64,000 bases of DNA from Psammoneis japonica (taxonomy: Eukaryota), in the NCBI GenBank assembly GCA_008632985.1, contig QPGO01000212.1, positions 1-64,000 on the forward strand, read 5' to 3'. The notes under the pieces were generated by a model. The model was given only the letters and a program-made list of their open reading frames with translations, had not been told where the DNA came from and did no database searches. The position numbers were made by a program, and so were the translations under genes. The first letter of the stretch is position 1. Each line of letters opens with the position of its first letter. Positions 58,828 through 64,000 of this stretch are shown piece by piece.

Positions 58828-59065
58828 TGTTTTGGAAATGGTGAATTAAAAGTTCAAACACCGAAATTAGATAGCGTGAAGAAGACGTACGCGTCAGCGC
58901 TCATGTGCTCCACGTGAAGCAAGAAAACAGCCGATGGAAGCAGTCATTATTCTCTTTTAACTCTTAGAAAGTATTGTGAACAAGCTTGTCTATTTTAGCC
59001 TCAGGATCAGACCTTAGAGGACTGAGGTGACTCTGGAACAGTCACCAGAAGGATAAATTACAACA
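58828..59065 (+). repeat. 3' LTR (TG...CA, 238 bp)
   Basis: Follows the PPT, begins tgtt and ends aaca; both ends have homologues at 57.1-57.3 kb. Confidence 0.85.
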
Positions 59066-62000
59066 CAGGCAGGCAAGAGACGAGAAAATGTTGTAAGACA
59101 TGTGCCCCAAACCAATCTCAACTGTGCACAGACACCATGTGTCATTCTGACAATGGCATGGTGTTGAGTCCAAATGTTCTGGAAATGGCCTGAGATGGTC
59201 AGATTTAAGTTTCTGCCATTGGTCATTTTTAATCAGCACTCACTGGACAACTGATCTAGAATATTCTCTGCTTAAACATGTGATGTCTGTTTTTATGTGA
59301 TTGCCACCTGTTTTTCACCTCAATTTTTGAAGCGATTTGGTCTCGGTTCTTTTGTTGGAGGAGGCCACCATTGTCATTCACAGTTTCCAAGTCGGCATTC
59401 GTGAAGCGTTTAATTGAACGCTTCGCTGAACGGCTGTGTCTCGTTGTCTTCACAACTGCAATGAAAAGAAAACAATCGAAACTGACAGTCACGATTGTGT
59501 CATTGTCACATTTTTGTAAAATTCTCAGAGTGGAGAATCGCAAGTCTCTTGAAATCGCTTAAAAAACAACCTAAAGCGCTTTTACGCTTGCAGTTTTATG
59601 TGAAAACGCAGAGCACGTGGCAAGACACACGGCCCTGAGCCGCATGACAGGATCAGCGTCAGACACCCTAGCAAAGATGCACAAGAGCAGGTAAGAACCT
59701 GAAGAGGAACAAAGTTTGCTTGTGATCTCATACACAAACATGAGGAAAAGCAAAAGAGTCTGATGATGAACAGACCAACAAAAACGCTGCAAGGGCAACT
59801 GAAGATTCGGTGAGGGCAATGTCGAAGACTGTGGAGATAAGGAATTTTGCTGCAAACATAAAACACAGTTTCTCAAGTTCTACGTCTAACATGAAAAGTG
59901 CCTGAACTGATGAGGGCAGCTTGCCTGAAAGAAGTTGCAGTGGTAGAATCGCGCGCAAGCGTGGAATCACCCACCTTCAGGTGACCCAAACGTCTGTGCG
60001 ACAACCACTGCCAGTGAATGACGTAGTTTCAGCAACCGAGCCGTTTGGTTCTTGCTAACAACTAAGTTCTATTTGGTCTCTACGATGTTTTGATGAATTC
60101 TCCATCTCGAACAGCCGAGTCTTTCTTGCGTGCTTGGATGGTTCTTCGTCGCTTACAATCCCTCCCAAGGGCCTTGGAGATATATGCTGAGTTATAACGT
60201 GGAGACGCAGCATGAAATGGATTGCTACATCCAATTGAATAACGCAGGAAGACACTTGCTGCATCGCCAAAATGTGCCTGCAACATGAGGGACTTTATTC
60301 TGTGGTTCTTGACTAACAATCCGGACTTAGTCAAAAAGTTGCCAGGGTTTAAAGTTTTAAGGCGTGAAATTTTGCAAAAGGTCTTAAGATGAACAAAGTC
60401 TTCAAATTAATTTATGTTGAAGATGAGCAAAATATTTAAATTAGCAAGACACAACAGATGTAAGAGCATCTTCGCCAGTGAGTCGTAAACACAATCGTAA
60501 ATATAGGAACATAACCTAAAAGGACAAGCGAACAGACTGCCCCGTATAAGTTTACGTACGATTCTGCACGCTACCATCATTTTCAGTCGATCACAATCGT
60601 ATTCACATTCGGCCGATGGTTGGGCAGACGTTGAGATAATAAGCAACCACATACACGTATATAAATGATTAACTGGTGGTAGGACGGACTTGTCAAATAT
60701 TGCATGACGCCATGGCGGCTTTGAACGCAATGTACGACACAAATCAAGTCTATTCAAAGATATGTCGATGTCTATCGATAGAGAATAATTCATATTATAC
60801 GTCTATGTGTTACTATGTTGTGAAAATCATTCTACATCGCGAAAACAAGCGAAATGTTATTACATGATTTATGTCTTATTCTCTTTTGACCCCATAAACC
60901 CCCCATATGTCCGTTCTCCTACCATATCTCGATGCGGTCGTATGTAAGTTCATAAGATACGACAAAGTGTTAATTGTTGGGCCTCTGTAAGGTCCTCTCA
61001 TCAAGAAAGCGTCGATTTGTCGTTTCGTCATGGTGACACGCACTTTCTACAGGATTTCTACATCCTTTTTGTACCGGAAATTTACGATTTTCGTTTACGA
61101 TTCTGGAGGTGGATCATATCCAAGGCCTGATTTGTGATTCGCTTTCACGAATCGTAAATTCGAAAAGGGTTATTAGCGCAAAAAGTATGTTTTTTTGCAA
61201 AAGATCCTAAGATGAGCAAACTGGATATAGCAACATTGTGGGCATTATTTAGAGTGGACAAACGCAAATATTGTTTCCCATGTGGTCGTCGAGGTGGGGT
61301 GAATGAGAATCTTTCGAAAATGACGCCACAGTGAGTGATTGGGGCTAACGACTTTTCGAGATGTCAATTGAAATGCTATTTAGGGTTCAGAATCAATCCA
61401 TCACTGTGACAAATTGGGTCCCATTCTAGCTGAACTGGGCAAGTTTGCAAGGCTCTTACCACTCTTGAAGCCTTTTTTGGTACAAATCATCCCATCACTA
61501 CAGGTAAGAGTAAGTCTTTGTGGAGTGTCGCAAGGCTCTTGAGATTTGTCAAGCAGTCTTAGGCGACGAACATTCCGACCTCGCCGCAATGAATTACAGA
61601 GCAAAATTCAATGTATTAGTGCTGTCACACCTCGGCCCAGCACATCCGGCAAAAGTCCTCCCATATTTTATTCTAAGATTTATATGTAAGAACCTATTTG
61701 AACAGTCCAGACGGGTTTCCATTGTCACTGTGGTTTCTGCACTGTATAATATGAGAAATAAAAAGCTGATTGTTCGCATAAGTAAAAGAAGGTTTAAAGT
61801 AGATTACCTTGTCATTTCTCATCTCAAGATTTTTCTACGAACGAGTTAGACCGCGCGAATTTACACCCCAAAATTGCAGCCGATTTTCGCACGAGTACGA
61901 GAGTGTGAAATTTTTTGACATCTGTAATTCTGCGAGCAGTGATAAATTCATTGAATAAATACTCCTTGAATATTGAAATGACTAAATCAAAACACCATGG

Positions 62001-64000
62001 CGTTCGGCGGATCCTCTGTGACCTTACGCACATCAATCACTGTTCTAAGGTTTCAGCAACCATATGTCGTGTATTTCTGAAAAGGTATGAAGTTGCAATC
62101 ATTTTGTTGTCCGTTGACTTCAATCTCATCGTTTTTTGCCTTTCTTTCTTTCTTTCTTTCTTTCATGAATACATCATAATAGCTCACCAGTAACGAATTT
62201 TTACATCTCTTATTGACTTTCGTTGTTGATTGTTGGTTGTCATTGTTGTTCGATATTCTGACGTTTTCTGCCATCGTGGACGATGATGAGTCTGTTTTCA
62301 TACTGGCGGCCGATTTGTTGGCTGTTTTTTTTTTTGGAGGGGCGTTCGGGCGTTTTTATACCCCAAAAATACACCCCTACGCCACGAATACGAGAGAGAT
62401 GAGGACAAATGTGATTACATAGGAGATCAAATAAAACAATCTACGAAGTATTCTCAAGAGATCGAATAAAAATAATCTGTTATTACAAATAATAGAAACC
62501 GTGTTACAGAAAATCAAGACATTAGACTTTCATTTTAACGAAATTACCGTAAAGTGATTGATTGATGACGTTGGTAACCAACTGCATCATTGCTTTGAAG
62601 CCAACACAAGAGATAGAATAAATTCAATAGAAACCATGTTATAGACAATCAAGACATTATTTTCATGATGTTTGGGTGATCAACTGTACTTTCACATTGT
62701 TTCACCTGATTGCCTCTCTTGCTTCACCATGAGCTGTTCTATCATTGCTTTGTAGCCAACTCAAAGCAAATATCAGAAAAAGAATTGCGACACTTCATCT
62801 TATCCTTATCATTAGGCTTTGACACAATACCTTTTTTCAATCAAGACATTAGATTTTCCATAACGAAGGTAAACACCAGTTTCCCTCATCTGTAATCAAA
62901 TCTAATTTGACATCGATTTGCCTTCATTGCCTTTCTTGCTGCACCATGAGCTGACTTTATTTATCTGTTGCTGTGTTAGCATGCAAATTGCATATGAACA
63001 GCTTCCATGCTTCTCAAATGAATCCTGACTATTTGTGACAGAATTTATTCTTTTTTTTTTTACTCTTCGCATTTCTGTGGTACATTTCATCTCAGGATAT
63101 CGTGGTGGGAAAATGGTTTTGCTCTTCGTCTTTTATCATCGCATGTTTCTGTTGTACTCGCTCGTGTTTTTATTAGCTCATCGCAGGATATCGTGGTGGG
63201 AAAATGATGGTATTCAGAAAACTCTCATCGACACATATTATGACTCATAAGTTACATAGACACACATTATGATGCTCTGGTGACAGGAACATCTTTACGG
63301 GAAAAGATTTCAAAAAATAGAAACCATGGGTTTAGGTGAGTCTAACAGGCAGCCACCAGCACAGGGTCACCTGTCATTTTCCAAGAGTTCTGACATTCAA
63401 GTGCACAAACATGAAAGCATTCCAAAGCGAGTGGAAGAAAACTCCATGCCATGTTAAACTGATCATACAATGTTTCAACATGTTCTTGAAGAATTTTTTA
63501 AAGGTTTTCAATGTGCTCTTCTTGCAAGAATGCAGCCAGTGGGAGAAGAAATTTCTTGACTTGATGGGGCAATCGGAGGGGGGGGGGTGCAAAGATGAAG
63601 GTCACCATGATGGCACCATGCCCCGAGCACCGGCACTACAGAGTGTCTCCTTCGGTGCCAATGGCACTTCTGCCATGGTTGAAACTGCCGGCAGCTCCGT
63701 TGTGCCAATCAAGACCAGCACAGCACCTGTCTCACAAACGTGCAATTCTACGTGCACTGACGTTAGAAATTGCACACAGCCACCAGTGCAGGGGAACACC
63801 ACCCTGTCATTGTCCAAGAGCAACTGTTTTTTCCCTTCGTGTTTTCTCGCATGTTTCTGTGGTGCTGGCTTGTGTTTGTTGGCTCATCTCAGGACACTCG
63901 AGGTGAGAAAATTGAACGGTGATCTCAGAATGCTCGTGGCAAGAAAAATGATCGGTGAACCAAGCTGTCCAGTCATGAGAGGTGAGAAAGACTGGAACAC

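Larger units (their letters stand above)
57114..59065 (+). mobile_element. Rearranged Copia (CoDi-type) element: partial 5' LTR, inverted LTR end, RT/RNase H, 3' LTR
   Basis: 57114-57242 matches 58828-58958. 57246-57317 is the reverse complement of 58994-59065. PPT cagcaggagtg precedes 58828. Flanks are TGGGC and CAGGC. Confidence 0.88.

Noticed and set aside
61520..61600. TPR-like fragment (KALEICQAVLGDEHSDLA)
   Set aside because: Single short repeat with no supporting ORF; at most a relic.
60370..63300. AT-rich segment with short imperfect direct repeats (gcaaaag.tc.taagatga.caaa; aatagaaacc..gtta.aga.aatcaagacatt)
   Set aside because: No TIR/TSD pair or coding signal found, so it could not be assigned to an element.

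Overview
Eukaryotic, repeat-dense genomic DNA, most likely from a diatom. The evidence is CoDi-type Copia elements, an algal FTO homologue, diatom-style LRR and class C GPCR pseudogenes, and a short GT-AG intron. Two islands of normal composition hold intact host genes: about 10.2-17.9 kb (orphan ORF, JmjC fragment, FTO, a 2OG-Fe(II) oxygenase) and about 52.5-56.1 kb (glycerol kinase). The rest is nested mobile DNA: a tyrosine-recombinase (Ngaro/DIRS-type) retrotransposon interrupted by a MITE, several Copia elements, an endonuclease-less Penelope-like element with a hammerhead ribozyme flanked by a ~4 kb direct duplication, and a piggyBac whose transposase is fused to a DEDDh exonuclease. The main observation is a repeat-targeted hypermutation signature. 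TpA dinucleotides in repeats are converted to TpG or CpA (A-to-G on either strand), which is the reverse of fungal RIP. It is directly visible in comparisons of repeat copies and in wholesale Tyr-to-Cys/His replacement in conserved motifs, while single-copy genes are spared. All calls were made by eye; no database searches or computed statistics were run.
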